From Actinomycetota bacterium (lineage in GTDB: Bacteria; Actinomycetota; Geothermincolia; Geothermincolales; RBG-13-55-18), in NCBI GenBank assembly GCA_030019255.1, contig JASEFK010000001.1, forward strand, positions 184,367-248,366: a DNA stretch of 64,000 bases, read 5' to 3'. Of the stretch, positions 20,087-29,795 are shown one piece after another. Under the pieces are notes generated by a model, which saw only the letters and a list, made by a program, of their open reading frames with translations, was not told where the DNA came from and made no database searches. Made by a program: the position numbers and the translations under genes. The stretch's first letter is position 1. Each line of letters starts with the position of its first letter.

Positions 20087-20811
20087 TGGCCGCCGCGCGC
20101 CGCGTGGAGGATCCGCTGATCCTGGCCCTGGACGTCTCGGAATGGGAAAAGCTGGAAGCGCTGGCCGAGATGTTCCGGGGGGAGGTGGGGACGGTAAAGC
20201 TGGGCCTGGAGGCCTACACCCGCTTCGGTCCTGCCGTTTTCCGGGAGATGAAGGAGAAGGGCTTCCGGGTCTTCGCCGACCTCAAGCTCCACGATATCCC
20301 CAACACCGTGCGGGGGGCGGTGGAGGCCCTGGTAAGGTGGGGGGTGGACATGATCACCGTCCACCTCTGCGGGGGCAGGAAGATGCTGGAAGCGGCGGTT
20401 CAAGCCGTCCGCGGAAGCGGGGGGAGGAGAGTTCGGGTGCCGCTGCTCCTTGGGGTCACCGTGCTCACCAGCTTGAAGGATGGGGACCTCGAGGAGATGG
20501 GCTGGCGGGGAGGCGTGTCGGAGAGCGTGCTCCGGCTGGCCAGGCTGGGCGTCTCCTGCGGGCTGGACGGGTTGGTCTGCTCGCCCGGGGAGGCGGCGGA
20601 GCTCCGGCGCGAGCTGGGGGCCGGCCCCTTCCTGGTCACTCCGGGCATCCGGCCGGAGGGCGCGGAGGCCCATGACCAGGCCAGGATGGCCACCCCGGGA
20701 GAGGCCCTCCGGGCGGGGGCGGATTATCTGGTGGTGGGGAGGGCGGTCACCGGTCACCCGCGTCCCCTGGAGGCTCTGAGCGCCTTGAAGCGGGAGATTG
20801 GTTTATCATAG
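20083..20811 (+). CDS. pyrF: Orotidine 5'-phosphate decarboxylase
   Basis: ATG 20083 overlaps the pyrD stop (ATGA). LILALDV...KLGLE, DLKLHDIPNTV and LVVGRAV motifs. About 242 aa. Confidence 0.85.
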   Translation: MMAAARRVEDPLILALDVSEWEKLEALAEMFRGEVGTVKLGLEAYTRFGPAVFREMKEKGFRVFADLKLHDIPNTVRGAVEALVRWGVDMITVHLCGGRKMLEAAVQAVRGSGGRRVRVPLLLGVTVLTSLKDGDLEEMGWRGGVSESVLRLARLGVSCGLDGLVCSPGEAAELRRELGAGPFLVTPGIRPEGAEAHDQARMATPGEALRAGADYLVVGRAVTGHPRPLEALSALKREIGLS

Positions 20812-20941
20812 ACGGTGGGGAATTGAAGTTGTGGTGCAACAAATTCGGTTAACCCACGGGAGATTTAATGGGCGCGTCAAGCGGCGGAGGAGTTGAGCTC
20901 AAGGCGCGGCGGGGAAGGCTGCTACCTAGGAGGGTTGGGAC

Positions 20942-21514
20942 ATGAACCAGTGGGAGGTGCTGGAGATACTGGAGAGGGAGAGGGCCGTGCAGAAGGGCCA
21001 TTTCCTCCTCTCCTCCGGACTGCACAGCGATACTTACGTGCAATGTGCGCGCGTCCTGCAGCATCCTCACCTGGCGGAGAGCCTGGCGGACGAGCTGGCC
21101 CGGGGTTTCACCGGGGTACCGGTGGACGTGGTGATCAGCCCCGCGCTGGGCGGCATCATCATCGGGTACATGGTAGCCTTGGCCATGCGCCGGAGGATGG
21201 TCTTCGCCGAGAGGGTGGACGGACGCCTTACCCTGCGCCGGGGACAGAACCTGGAGAAGGGAGAGAGGGCCCTCATCGTGGAGGACGTCATAACCACCGG
21301 CGGCTCGGTCCAGGAACTCATGGAGCTGGTGGAATCCAAGGGAGGAGTGACCGCCGGCCTGGGGGCCATCATCGAGAGGGGGGAGGACCGCGACTTCGGG
21401 GTCCCCAAGAAGGTCCTGGTACGCCTGGAGGCACCGGTGTGGGAGCCCGGCAGTTGCCCTCTATGCCGGGAAGGCCTGGAGCTGGAGGCCCCCGGCAGTC
21501 GGCACCTGGCCTGA
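20942..21514 (+). CDS. pyrE: Orotate phosphoribosyltransferase
   Basis: 190 aa. GHFLLSSGLHSDTY and the PRPP motif LIVEDVITTGGS. Confidence 0.9.
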   Translation: MNQWEVLEILERERAVQKGHFLLSSGLHSDTYVQCARVLQHPHLAESLADELARGFTGVPVDVVISPALGGIIIGYMVALAMRRRMVFAERVDGRLTLRRGQNLEKGERALIVEDVITTGGSVQELMELVESKGGVTAGLGAIIERGEDRDFGVPKKVLVRLEAPVWEPGSCPLCREGLELEAPGSRHLA

Positions 21515-21616
21515 TACCCCCGGGGGAGGCGATGGTCCTCCGGGTTGTGGGGCCGGGTGAGGGGGTTTATACTTAACGGGATATCGTCGTAAGGAGAATA
21601 TAACCTGAGGAGGGAC

Positions 21617-21937
21617 ATGATGGCCAGCCAGAAGCTCCCGGAATTGACGGCGGAACAGCGCAAGGAAGCCCTGGAGAAAGCGGCCAAGGTCAGGAAGGAG
21701 AGGTCGGAGATAAAGAAGTCGCTCAAGGAGGGCAAGCTGAAGGTCAGCGAGGTCCTGGCCAGGGCCGATGACGAAACCTACGGGAAGATGACCGTGAAGT
21801 CGGTCATCGAGTCCCTCCCCGGCGTGGGCAAGGCGCGCGCCGCCAAGATCATGGAGGAGATAGGCATCAGCGAGACGCGGCGCATCAAGGGGTTGGGGCC
21901 CAAGCAGGCGCAGGCCTTGAAGGAAAGATTTTCCTGA
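21617..21937 (+). CDS. mihF: Actinobacterial integration host factor (mIHF-like)
   Basis: 106 aa. LPELTAEQRKEALEKAAKVR...GKMTVKSVIESLPGVGKARAAKIMEEIGISETRRIKGLGPKQAQAL closely resembles mycobacterial/streptomycete mIHF. Sits upstream of gmk-rpoZ-coaBC, as in Actinobacteria. Confidence 0.75.
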   Translation: MMASQKLPELTAEQRKEALEKAAKVRKERSEIKKSLKEGKLKVSEVLARADDETYGKMTVKSVIESLPGVGKARAAKIMEEIGISETRRIKGLGPKQAQALKERFS

Positions 21938-22003
21938 CCGCATTTACCCCTCGGGGCCGGAACCGGAGTCCACGCATCAAGGTCCAATCCAGCGGGAGAG
22001 ATA

Positions 22004-22576
22004 ATGCGACGCGGACGCCTTTTCGTCGTCGCCGGACCCTCCGGCGCGGGAAAAGGTACTCTCATCGCCGAGCTTTTAAAGCGCTATCCGCGGGCACGCC
22101 TTTCCGTGTCCGCCACCACCCGTGACCCCCGGCCCGGGGAAAGGGAGGGAGTGGATTACCATTTCCTGGACCGGGAGGAATTCCTGAGGCGGGCCGGAGA
22201 GGGTGAGTTCCTGGAATGGGCGGAGGTGCACGGCAACCTCTATGGCACCCCCCGCGGGGCCGTAGAGGAATGGTTGAATGAAGGCCACGACGTGATCCTG
22301 GAGATCGACGTGCAGGGAGCCCGCCAGGTCCGGGAGAGGATGCCGGAGGCGGTGACCGTTTTCGTAGAGCCTCCCTCCCTCGAGGCCCTGGAGGAGAGGT
22401 TGCGACGCAGGGGCACGGAGAGCGAGGAAGAACTGCGCCGCAGGCTGCGCAACGCGGTTCGGGAAAGCGGGGAGAAGGGCGGCTTCCGGCACGTGGTGGT
22501 GAACGACGACCTGCAACGCGCGGTGGAGGAACTTTGTGCTATATATGAAAAGGAATCGGCCTCCACGGAGGCATGA
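22004..22576 (+). CDS. gmk: Guanylate kinase
   Basis: 190 aa. P-loop GPSGAGKGTL, SATTRDPRPGE. Confidence 0.9.
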   Translation: MRRGRLFVVAGPSGAGKGTLIAELLKRYPRARLSVSATTRDPRPGEREGVDYHFLDREEFLRRAGEGEFLEWAEVHGNLYGTPRGAVEEWLNEGHDVILEIDVQGARQVRERMPEAVTVFVEPPSLEALEERLRRRGTESEEELRRRLRNAVRESGEKGGFRHVVVNDDLQRAVEELCAIYEKESASTEA

Positions 22577-22604
22577 AACGAAGTAGACGGGAGGTAGCGT
22601 AAAG

Positions 22605-22850
22605 GTGTTGATGAAAACCAAGATCGACGACCTTTTAAGAGCGATGAACAATTCCCGGTTCGGATTGACCATCGCCGCGGCCAAGCGGGCGCGCCAGATC
22701 AACAATTATTTCCGGCACCTGGGCGACGGCCTGGGGAGGGATGCAGGTCCCCAGGTGACCTCGGCCTCCAACAAGGCCCTGACCTTGGCCCTGGAGGAGA
22801 TAGCCCAGGAGAAGCTGGAGTTCGAGATGCCGGAGGACGGGACCAAGTAA
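22605..22850 (+). CDS. rpoZ: RNA polymerase omega subunit
   Basis: 81 aa. NSRFGLTIAAAKRARQIN signature. Follows gmk. Confidence 0.8.
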   Translation: MLMKTKIDDLLRAMNNSRFGLTIAAAKRARQINNYFRHLGDGLGRDAGPQVTSASNKALTLALEEIAQEKLEFEMPEDGTK

Positions 22851-22880
22851 GGGGATCGCGCGAGGGAGTCGCTCAATCCC

Positions 22881-24098
22881 ATGACCTGCATCGTTTTCGG
22901 GGTGACCGGAGGCATAGCCGCCTACAAGGCGGTGGAGGTTGTGCGCCGGCTGGCCGAGAGGGGGCTGGACGTGCGGGTGGTAATGACCGAGCACGCCACC
23001 CGGCTGGTGGGCCCGGATACCTTCCGCGCCGTCTCCGGGAACCCGGTCTCTTTGCACCTCTTCGACGCATCCGGTCCGGCCATGGAGCACATCTCCCTGG
23101 CGCGGGCGGCGGACCTGGTGGTGGTGGCCCCGGCCACGGCCAACATCCTGGCCAAGATGGCCCAGGGCCTGGCTGACGACCTCCTGTCCACCACCCTCCT
23201 GGCCACCAGGGCGCCGGTTCTGGTGGCTCCGGCCATGAACCGCGAGATGTACCGGCATCCCGCCACCCAGGATAACCTGAGGAAGCTGCGGGAGAGAGGC
23301 GTTCACGTGGTGGGCCCGGAGAGCGGCGCCCTGGCCTGCGGCGAGGAAGGGGAGGGGCGCATGGCGGAGCCTCCGGCGATAGTGGAGGCCGTCCTGCGCC
23401 TCCTGGACATGAGAGGAGACCTTTCCGGACACCGGGTCCTGGTGACCGCCGGGGGGACGCGCGAGCCGCTGGACCCGGTGCGCTTCATCGGCAATCGTTC
23501 CAGCGGCAAGATGGGCTACGCCCTGGCGGAGACGGCCAGGGAGCTGGGAGCGGAGGTCATCCTGGTCAGCGGCCCCACCCACCTGCAGGCACCTCCGGGG
23601 GTGGAGAGGATAATGGTGGAGACGGCAGAGGAGATGCGCCGGGAGGTCCTCTCTCGATCAGGAGGATGCTCGGCGGTGGTCATGGCCGCGGCGGTGGCCG
23701 ATTTCACCCCCTCCCGCAGGAGCGAGGAGAAGATAAAGCGCGGGGGAAGGGAGGGCCTGATCGTGGAGCTGGTTCCCACGCCGGACATCCTGAGCGAGCT
23801 GAGCGATCGGAGGCCCCCCGGACAGGTGCTGGTGGGCTTCGCCGCGGAGACGGGAGACCTCCTCCGGAAGGCCAGGAAGAAAATGGAAGAGAAGGGAGTG
23901 GATATCCTGGTGGCCAACGACGTCTCCAGGCCGGGGTCGGGTTTCGATTCCGACCTCAACCAGGCGGTTATCCTCTTCCGGGACGGCAGGGAGGAGGAGC
24001 TGGACCTAATGCCCAAGCGGGAGCTGGCCCTGCGCATCTGGGAGGCGGTGGCCGGCTTTCTGGGGACGTCAGGAGGTCAAGTCCCGGGCCCGGCTTGA
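22881..24098 (+). CDS. coaBC: Bifunctional phosphopantothenoylcysteine decarboxylase/synthetase
   Basis: 405 aa. Flavoprotein N-domain (VTGGIAAYK) and DFP C-domain (SSGKMG, AAVADF). Confidence 0.9.
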   Translation: MTCIVFGVTGGIAAYKAVEVVRRLAERGLDVRVVMTEHATRLVGPDTFRAVSGNPVSLHLFDASGPAMEHISLARAADLVVVAPATANILAKMAQGLADDLLSTTLLATRAPVLVAPAMNREMYRHPATQDNLRKLRERGVHVVGPESGALACGEEGEGRMAEPPAIVEAVLRLLDMRGDLSGHRVLVTAGGTREPLDPVRFIGNRSSGKMGYALAETARELGAEVILVSGPTHLQAPPGVERIMVETAEEMRREVLSRSGGCSAVVMAAAVADFTPSRRSEEKIKRGGREGLIVELVPTPDILSELSDRRPPGQVLVGFAAETGDLLRKARKKMEEKGVDILVANDVSRPGSGFDSDLNQAVILFRDGREEELDLMPKRELALRIWEAVAGFLGTSGGQVPGPA

Positions 24099-24148
24099 CG
24101 ATAAAGAACTGGTCCCTCGGGCGGCAAGCGGGCGTTGGAGGAGGAGCA

Positions 24149-24508
24149 GTGGCCAAGCTGGTAAAGAAAGGGATAGTGCTCAACGTATCCACCTACCCTC
24201 TGCCCACCCTGCTCCCCCGCAGGGCCAACCGGCGTTCCAAGACCCTGACCTTCGACATCAACTTCGACCTGGTGGAGGAGGACGGGAAGAGCACCAAGGT
24301 CTGGTTCTACAGGGGTTTCCGCTTCCCACCCCCCCTAGACGATGGTGACCGCGTGGAGGTGATCGGAAAGTACGGGCGCATCTCCAAGGACATATTTTAT
24401 GCCTCCAAGATTGTGGACCCGAGGAGAAATAGGATATATACTGGTTTTCGGAACCGGAAGATGAAGGCGGAGGAGGGCGTGGATAAGAAGCCCCCTTCCG
24501 GCGCGTAG
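24149..24508 (+). CDS. Hypothetical small basic protein (possible OB-fold)
   Basis: 119 aa from GTG 24149 with a GGAGGAGG RBS. No confident family. The 3' end is noticeably AT-richer and directly abuts tRNA-Leu. Confidence 0.35.
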   Translation: MAKLVKKGIVLNVSTYPLPTLLPRRANRRSKTLTFDINFDLVEEDGKSTKVWFYRGFRFPPPLDDGDRVEVIGKYGRISKDIFYASKIVDPRRNRIYTGFRNRKMKAEEGVDKKPPSGA

Positions 24509-24518
24509 GAATATGCGA

Positions 24519-24606
24519 GTCGGAGTGGCGGAATCGGTAGACGCGCTAGGTTGAGGGCCTAGTGAGGAGCTTCCTCATGGGGGTTCAAGTCCCCCCTCCG
24601 ACACCA
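24519..24606 (+). tRNA. tRNA-Leu (anticodon GAG), type II with long variable arm, CCA encoded
   Basis: Manual fold. Acceptor GTCGGAG/CTCCGAC. 3-bp D-stem GCG/CGC. Anticodon stem CTAGG/CCTAG with loop TTGAGGG (GAG). 16-nt variable arm. T-arm GGGGG-TTCAAGT-CCCCC. Discriminator A plus CCA. Confidence 0.85.
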
Positions 24607-24614
24607 GACCGGAA

Positions 24615-24639
24615 CCCCGGCGAACGCCGGGGTCTTTTT
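24615..24639 (+). terminator. Intrinsic terminator after the tRNA
   Basis: CCCCGGCGAACGCCGGGG hairpin followed by TCTTTTT. Confidence 0.6.
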
Positions 24640-24835
24640 GCAAGTGTGAAATGTTCGGTAAGGGGTAGCGAACCGTTCAGGTAGGGGGTGGAGGCATCCA
24701 GGCCGACGACGGGGCCGGAGACGGAATCCTTCCCCGTGGTCGAGCACTGCAGTGCTCCCGCCGAAGATCAGGAGGTCGCGGCATCGCGAGAGGGCGGGCC
24801 CGTGATCTCTACGTTTCCCCGGGAGCGGAGACGGA

Positions 24836-25720
24836 TCAGGGATAGTCGGAGAGGAACTCAAGTATAAGGGAATTCACCTCCTGGGGCCTCTCCTGCTGCA
24901 CCCAGTGGCTGCACCGGGGAATGTACTTTATGGTCAGGGGCCCCTCCACTTCCTCCCCGAAATCGTGGGTCAGTTCCTTCCCCAGGGCCCGGTCCTCCTC
25001 CGCCCAGATGACCAGGGTGGGGCAGCGGACCTTGGCCTGGGACCGGGACGCGGCGCGCGGGGAGCGCATGAACTGCCGGAAGGCGGCCCGGTAATAGTTT
25101 ATCCCTCCCGTGAGGGCGCCGGGCTTGGCCGCCGCCTCCTTGAACATCTCCATGTCTCGATCGGTGAGGGCGTTTTTGTCCAGGAGCCAGCCGCGGAAGG
25201 CCTTCTCCACCAGCCGGTAGTCGAAGGCCCTGAGGGCCAGCTCCGGGAGGAGGGGAAACTGGAAGAGGAACATGTAGTAGGAGCGGCGGAGCTGCGCCCG
25301 GTTGGTCAAGAGGTGGCGCATGAGCACCGCCGGCGGAGGGCAGTTGAGGATGATGAGACGGTCCACCATCTCCGGGAAGTGGGCGGCGAAGGGCCAGGCC
25401 ACGCCTCCGCCCCAGTCGTGGGCCACCAGGACCGCCCGGCTCTCCCCCAGGTGTCGGATGAGGCCCCGCACGTCCTCCATGAGGGCCGACAGGCGGTAGT
25501 GCATAACTCCCACCGGTTTTTCCGTCTGGTTGTAACCCCTCATGTCCGGGGCCACCACCCGGAACCTTTCCGCGAGCACCGGGATCTGGTGCCTCCAGGA
25601 GTACCAGAATTCTGGGAAGCCGTGCAGGAGTAAGACCAGCGGTCCTTCCCCGGCGGTGACGTAATGCATGCGCAGGTTGTTCACGTGGGCATACTGGTGC
25701 TCCCAAGGCTCTTCGGCCAT
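24836..25720 (-). CDS. Alpha/beta hydrolase (epoxide hydrolase / haloalkane dehalogenase-like)
   Basis: About 294 aa from MAEEPWEH. HGFPEFWYSWRHQ (HGxP oxyanion hole) and nucleophile elbow AHDWGG. Confidence 0.8.
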   Translation of the reverse strand: MAEEPWEHQYAHVNNLRMHYVTAGEGPLVLLLHGFPEFWYSWRHQIPVLAERFRVVAPDMRGYNQTEKPVGVMHYRLSALMEDVRGLIRHLGESRAVLVAHDWGGGVAWPFAAHFPEMVDRLIILNCPPPAVLMRHLLTNRAQLRRSYYMFLFQFPLLPELALRAFDYRLVEKAFRGWLLDKNALTDRDMEMFKEAAAKPGALTGGINYYRAAFRQFMRSPRAASRSQAKVRCPTLVIWAEEDRALGKELTHDFGEEVEGPLTIKYIPRCSHWVQQERPQEVNSLILEFLSDYP

Positions 25721-25932
25721 CGTCTTCCCCTCCTCCCGGCGATCCGTGATTCGGAAACCGTGGTGCCCGCGGGAAAGGACGTCCCTTCGGCGCACCTCTT
25801 CCCTCCGGCGCTCCAGGTCTTTAATACATTTTACCCTTACCCACCCCGATATATCCCGGCCTCTCCTCGCGCACTTCCTTTCCGCGACGTCGGGGAGACG
25901 CCGTGCCTCCCGGAAGGTCGATTCTCCGGGGA

Positions 25933-25941
25933 TGGTAAAAT
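25933..25941 (+). promoter_or_regulatory. Extended -10-like element TGGTAAAAT upstream of the MFS gene
   Basis: TGnTAAAAT about 75 nt upstream of the 26014 start. The same 9-mer recurs at 27569 and 35563. Confidence 0.35.
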
Positions 25942-26013
25942 AGGGAAGGCTGAAGTGTCGGGAAGGGCGGGGTAAGCCCCCGGTGAAAAGCGCTCGGAGT
26001 CGACGGGAGAGCC

Positions 26014-27258
26014 ATGGTCGCGCAAACGGAGCGAAGGAAGGGGGGAGGTGCCCTGGCTTCCTTCCGTCACCGCGATTTCCGCCTCCTCTGGTCGGGGGCC
26101 TTTATCTCCAATGTGGGGACCTGGATCCACAACACCGCCCTGCTGTGGTTCGTCAAGGAGACCACGGGAACCAACACTTGGGTGGGGGCGGTGAACCTGG
26201 CCAACTTCCTCCCCCTCTTCCTCCTGGTCCTGTGGTCGGGGTCCCTGGCCGACCGCCTGAACCGCCGCAAGCTGATCCTGGCCACCCAGACGGCCATGAT
26301 GCTGGGAGCCCTGGGCCTGGGTCTCTGCCTGCGCGCCGGTCTCTCCTCCATGGCGGCGATCATACCCCTGACCGCGGCCATGGGCCTGGCCTTCGTTTTC
26401 AACTTTCCCGCCTGGCGGGCCATTATCCCGGACCTGGTGCCCCCGCAGGACATGCTCAACGGGATCGCCCTGGACGCCGCCCAGTTCAACTTGGCGCGGT
26501 CCGTGGGCCCGCTGCTGGGAGCCCTGGTGCTCCATCTCTGGGGCGCGGAGACCGCCTTCTACATCAACGCCGCCAGCTTCCTGGCCGTCATCGCTGCCCT
26601 CCTTCTCCTGCACACGGAGACTCCGCCGGGTGGTAACGGGGCGGCCACGGGTTCGCACATCCTGGAAGTACTGAGGCTGGCGGCCGGCGAAGGCTGGGTG
26701 CGCAACCAGCTGCTCCTGCTGGGGGTGGTCTCCTTCTTCGGGTTATCCTTCCTGGTGCTCCTCCCCGGATTGTCGAGGGACGTGCTCCTCCGTGGCTCGG
26801 GGGGATACGGTGCCCTCCTTAGCGCCCTGGGAGCCGGTGCGGTGGCTGGCGCTCCCCTGGTGACCCTCCTGCGCCGCCGCCTGCCGGAGAGGGCCATCAT
26901 CAAGGCGTCCACCGCGGTAGTGGGCCTTGCCCTGCTGGGGGTGGCGGCCTGCCGCCTGTTCTGGTTGTGCCTGGTCCTGGTCGTGGTCCTGGGGGCCTCC
27001 TCTTTGATAATGAGCGCGTCCATCAATACCGTGCTGCAGGCCCGGGTGGGAAGGGAGATGCGGGGAAGGATAATGAGCCTCTACATCCTGGTCTTCCAGG
27101 GGCTGTACCCCCTGGGGGGGATGTTCCTGGGGCTCACAGCCGACCGCATCTCCATACCCTGGACCCTGGCCCTGGGCGGATCGGTATGCACGGCGACAGC
27201 CATGGTGGTGATCGTCTCCCCCTCATTGTTGAGGGATGCCGTTTCCACGGCGGGGTGA
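26014..27258 (+). CDS. MFS transporter (DHA3/EntS-like)
   Basis: 414 aa. 12 predicted TM segments. N-terminal FRLLWSGAFISNVGTWI motif typical of the MFS_1 enterobactin-exporter-like family. Confidence 0.8.
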   Translation: MVAQTERRKGGGALASFRHRDFRLLWSGAFISNVGTWIHNTALLWFVKETTGTNTWVGAVNLANFLPLFLLVLWSGSLADRLNRRKLILATQTAMMLGALGLGLCLRAGLSSMAAIIPLTAAMGLAFVFNFPAWRAIIPDLVPPQDMLNGIALDAAQFNLARSVGPLLGALVLHLWGAETAFYINAASFLAVIAALLLLHTETPPGGNGAATGSHILEVLRLAAGEGWVRNQLLLLGVVSFFGLSFLVLLPGLSRDVLLRGSGGYGALLSALGAGAVAGAPLVTLLRRRLPERAIIKASTAVVGLALLGVAACRLFWLCLVLVVVLGASSLIMSASINTVLQARVGREMRGRIMSLYILVFQGLYPLGGMFLGLTADRISIPWTLALGGSVCTATAMVVIVSPSLLRDAVSTAG

Positions 27259-27568
27259 CCGAAGATCCAATTGGTGCATGTGAAATGCATAGTTTCCCCG
27301 GTACTACATCGACAGAGGAGGAAACGCCTTCGGCTTCTTGTCGGTTTCCGGTTAACGCGTCAAGTCCTGGTGAAACCGGAGGAAAAAGGGAGGGACGGCA
27401 GACGGAGGCACCCCTTTCGACTTGCCCCTAGGTAGCCCCCCGTGCGATGGCAGGATTTGGGGGAAGGGCGGCAGGGCGCGAAGGCGAAGGAGATCCGCCC
27501 GGCAACGAATACCTGCGATTCCTCCCCTTCCGGGTGGAGGGCCTCCCCGCGGGGACCGGTAACGGGAA

Positions 27569-27577
27569 TGGTAAAAT
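27569..27577 (+). promoter_or_regulatory. Extended -10-like element TGGTAAAAT upstream of plsY
   Basis: Same 9-mer as at 25933. About 80 nt upstream of GTG 27658. Confidence 0.35.
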
Positions 27578-27657
27578 CTAACAGGAAAGCATACCCGCCC
27601 GAGGAGGGTGCACTGGTGTTATCATGAACGGGGACGGCGTTCCGCGGCTTTAGGGAG

Positions 27658-28296
27658 GTGGAATTGAAAACCGCGGCCCGGGTCCTGTTGCTGATATCCG
27701 CTTACCTGCTGGGAACGGTGAACCTGTCCCATATCCTGGCCCGGAGGGAGCTGGGCCTGGACCTGCGCCGCAGCGGGAGCGGGAACCTGGGAGCCTCCAA
27801 CCTGGCCGCGCACCTGGGCAAGGGGAAGGCGGCGGTGGCCTTCTTCGCCGACTGCGCTGAGGAGGCGGCGGTGCTCCTCGTGGCCCGGGCCCTGGGATGG
27901 AGCGCCGGCTGGCAGGCCGCCGCGGGGCTGGCGGCCATCGCCGGGCACAACTGGCCTTTCTACCTGGGTTTCCAGGGCGGGAGGGGGATGGCCATGGCTT
28001 TAACCGGGACCCTCATCCTCCTCCCCTTCGAAGGGCTGGTGCTGGTGGCCTTCCTGGCCCTGGGGGTCTTCACCCGTCACACCGCGGAGATGAACCTCCT
28101 GGCCCTTTTCCTGCTTCCCGTGCTGGCCTGGCGGTGGGGAAGGCACGCAGGATTGCTGGCCTTCACCCTGGGGGTCCTGGTGCTGACGCTTCTGCGGCGG
28201 GCGCAGGGAAGTCCCGGGGTGGGGAAGAAGAAATTGGTGGAGGACCCCCGCAGGGTGCTCTGGAACCGGCTTATCTATGACCGGGAGACGGAATAG
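27658..28296 (+). CDS. plsY: Glycerol-3-phosphate acyltransferase PlsY (acyl-phosphate dependent)
   Basis: 212 aa. GTG start with an AGGGAGG RBS. SGSGNLGASN is the conserved SGNxGATN motif. GHNWPFYLGFQGGRGMA motif. Multi-TM. Confidence 0.75.
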   Translation: MELKTAARVLLLISAYLLGTVNLSHILARRELGLDLRRSGSGNLGASNLAAHLGKGKAAVAFFADCAEEAAVLLVARALGWSAGWQAAAGLAAIAGHNWPFYLGFQGGRGMAMALTGTLILLPFEGLVLVAFLALGVFTRHTAEMNLLALFLLPVLAWRWGRHAGLLAFTLGVLVLTLLRRAQGSPGVGKKKLVEDPRRVLWNRLIYDRETE

Positions 28297-28352
28297 CCGA
28301 CGCGCCGGAGGATGGATCCCGGGGCCGGTTAGGGATTCGGGCGGAGCGGCAG

Positions 28353-29795
28353 ATGCCTGAACGAGGCGGGAATGGAGTAGGGACGGAGGGAGCCGGAGGG
28401 GAGGAGACTCACCCTCGGGGAGCCAAGGAACTGGCCGGCGGTGTGCTGGAGGACCTCCGGGCGCTGTGGGCCAACCGGGATTTCCGCCGCCTATGGGTGG
28501 GGCAGTCGGTATCCTCCATCGGGGACTGGCTGGCCACCTTCGCTCTCATGGCCTTGGTCTGGAACCGCAGTCGCTCCCCGGCGGCGGTGGCCGGGCTTCT
28601 GGTCCTGCGCATCGTGCCCTCGGCCTTCTCCGGCGCAGTGGCCACTTGGATAAGCGATCGTTGGGACCGCAAGAAGATTCTCATCTACTGCGACGTTTTA
28701 CGCGGGCTTCTCATCATGTGGGTGGCGGTCCTGGATTCCCTGGCCTATCTCTACGTACTCATCTTCTGCATGGAATTCATCACCATCATCTACCTGGCCG
28801 CTAGGGACGCCAGCCTCCCTAACCTGGTGGAGGGGGAAAACCGCCTCACCATGGCCAACTCCATGACCCTGGGAAGTGCTTACGGGTCCATACCCCTGGC
28901 CGCTGCCTTCTTCGCCCTGCTCACGGTGGGAAGCTCTCCCCTCCTGCGCGGCCTGGAGGGGATGGTCTTCTTCTCTGACCACCCTTACGCCTTTTCGCTC
29001 CTGGCCGATGCCCTCACCTTCTTCTTCTCCGCCCTCATGATCAAGCGCATATCCAGGCCCCTCATCATCAGCCGGGAGGAGAAAAAGGAGAAGGAGAAGG
29101 TGGACCTGCGCTCCATGCTCACCTTCGCTTTCCGCAACCGCTTCATGCGCACCCTGACCGCGGCCCTGGCCACCGGCACCCTGGGCGGCGGTTCGCTCTT
29201 CGCCGTAGGGGTGGTCTACGTGCACGAGGTGCTGGGCGGGAACGACACCCAGTTCGGTTTCCTCATGGCCCTCTTCGGGCTGGGGATGCTGGTGGGCATC
29301 GTGGGCCTGCAGTTCCTGGCCCGGGTCAGGGCCAAGTGGTTCATCTTCAAGCTGGGGCTGCTCTGCGCGGGAGGAACGCTGGTCTGGATGTCCCTGATTA
29401 CGGTGATGTTCATGGCCTACCTGGCCGCCCTGGTGTTCGGGGCCGCCTTCTCGGCCATCTTCCTCACCGGCATCACCATGGTCCAGGAGGTCATCGAGGA
29501 CCGGAACCGGGGAAAAGCCTTCGCCGTCTTCCACTCCGTGTCCCGCGTATTCCTGCTGCTGGGGGCGGCGCTAGCCGCGGGCCTGGCGGGCGCGGTGGGC
29601 GAGTTTCGCCTCCACCTGGGGGTCTTCCGCCTTCATGTCTGGGGAACCACCATCGCCATGTTCACCGCTGGAGTGCTAATCGCCTCGGTGGCCTTCCTTC
29701 CTCTTCGACAGAGGCTGGAGGAGAGCGGAAAAGGTATACTTGTCGGGGAGAAGGAACTGGAGGCCGGACCGGGAAGGAGCCTGCCCCGCGCCTAG
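28353..29795 (+). CDS. MFS transporter
   Basis: 480 aa, start uncertain. FRRLWVGQSVSSIGDWL motif and 12-14 TM segments. Confidence 0.75.
   Translation: MPERGGNGVGTEGAGGEETHPRGAKELAGGVLEDLRALWANRDFRRLWVGQSVSSIGDWLATFALMALVWNRSRSPAAVAGLLVLRIVPSAFSGAVATWISDRWDRKKILIYCDVLRGLLIMWVAVLDSLAYLYVLIFCMEFITIIYLAARDASLPNLVEGENRLTMANSMTLGSAYGSIPLAAAFFALLTVGSSPLLRGLEGMVFFSDHPYAFSLLADALTFFFSALMIKRISRPLIISREEKKEKEKVDLRSMLTFAFRNRFMRTLTAALATGTLGGGSLFAVGVVYVHEVLGGNDTQFGFLMALFGLGMLVGIVGLQFLARVRAKWFIFKLGLLCAGGTLVWMSLITVMFMAYLAALVFGAAFSAIFLTGITMVQEVIEDRNRGKAFAVFHSVSRVFLLLGAALAAGLAGAVGEFRLHLGVFRLHVWGTTIAMFTAGVLIASVAFLPLRQRLEESGKGILVGEKELEAGPGRSLPRA

Noticed and set aside
24858-25706. 282-aa minus ORF and 242-aa plus ORF (24905-25633)
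   Set aside because: Alternate or antisense frames of the alpha/beta hydrolase gene, which has clear HGxP and nucleophile-elbow motifs.
25837-26658. 273-aa minus-strand ORF
   Set aside because: Antisense to the 5' part of the MFS transporter. Arg/Gly/Gln-rich low complexity.
28698-29534. 278-aa minus-strand ORF
   Set aside because: Antisense to the second MFS transporter gene.
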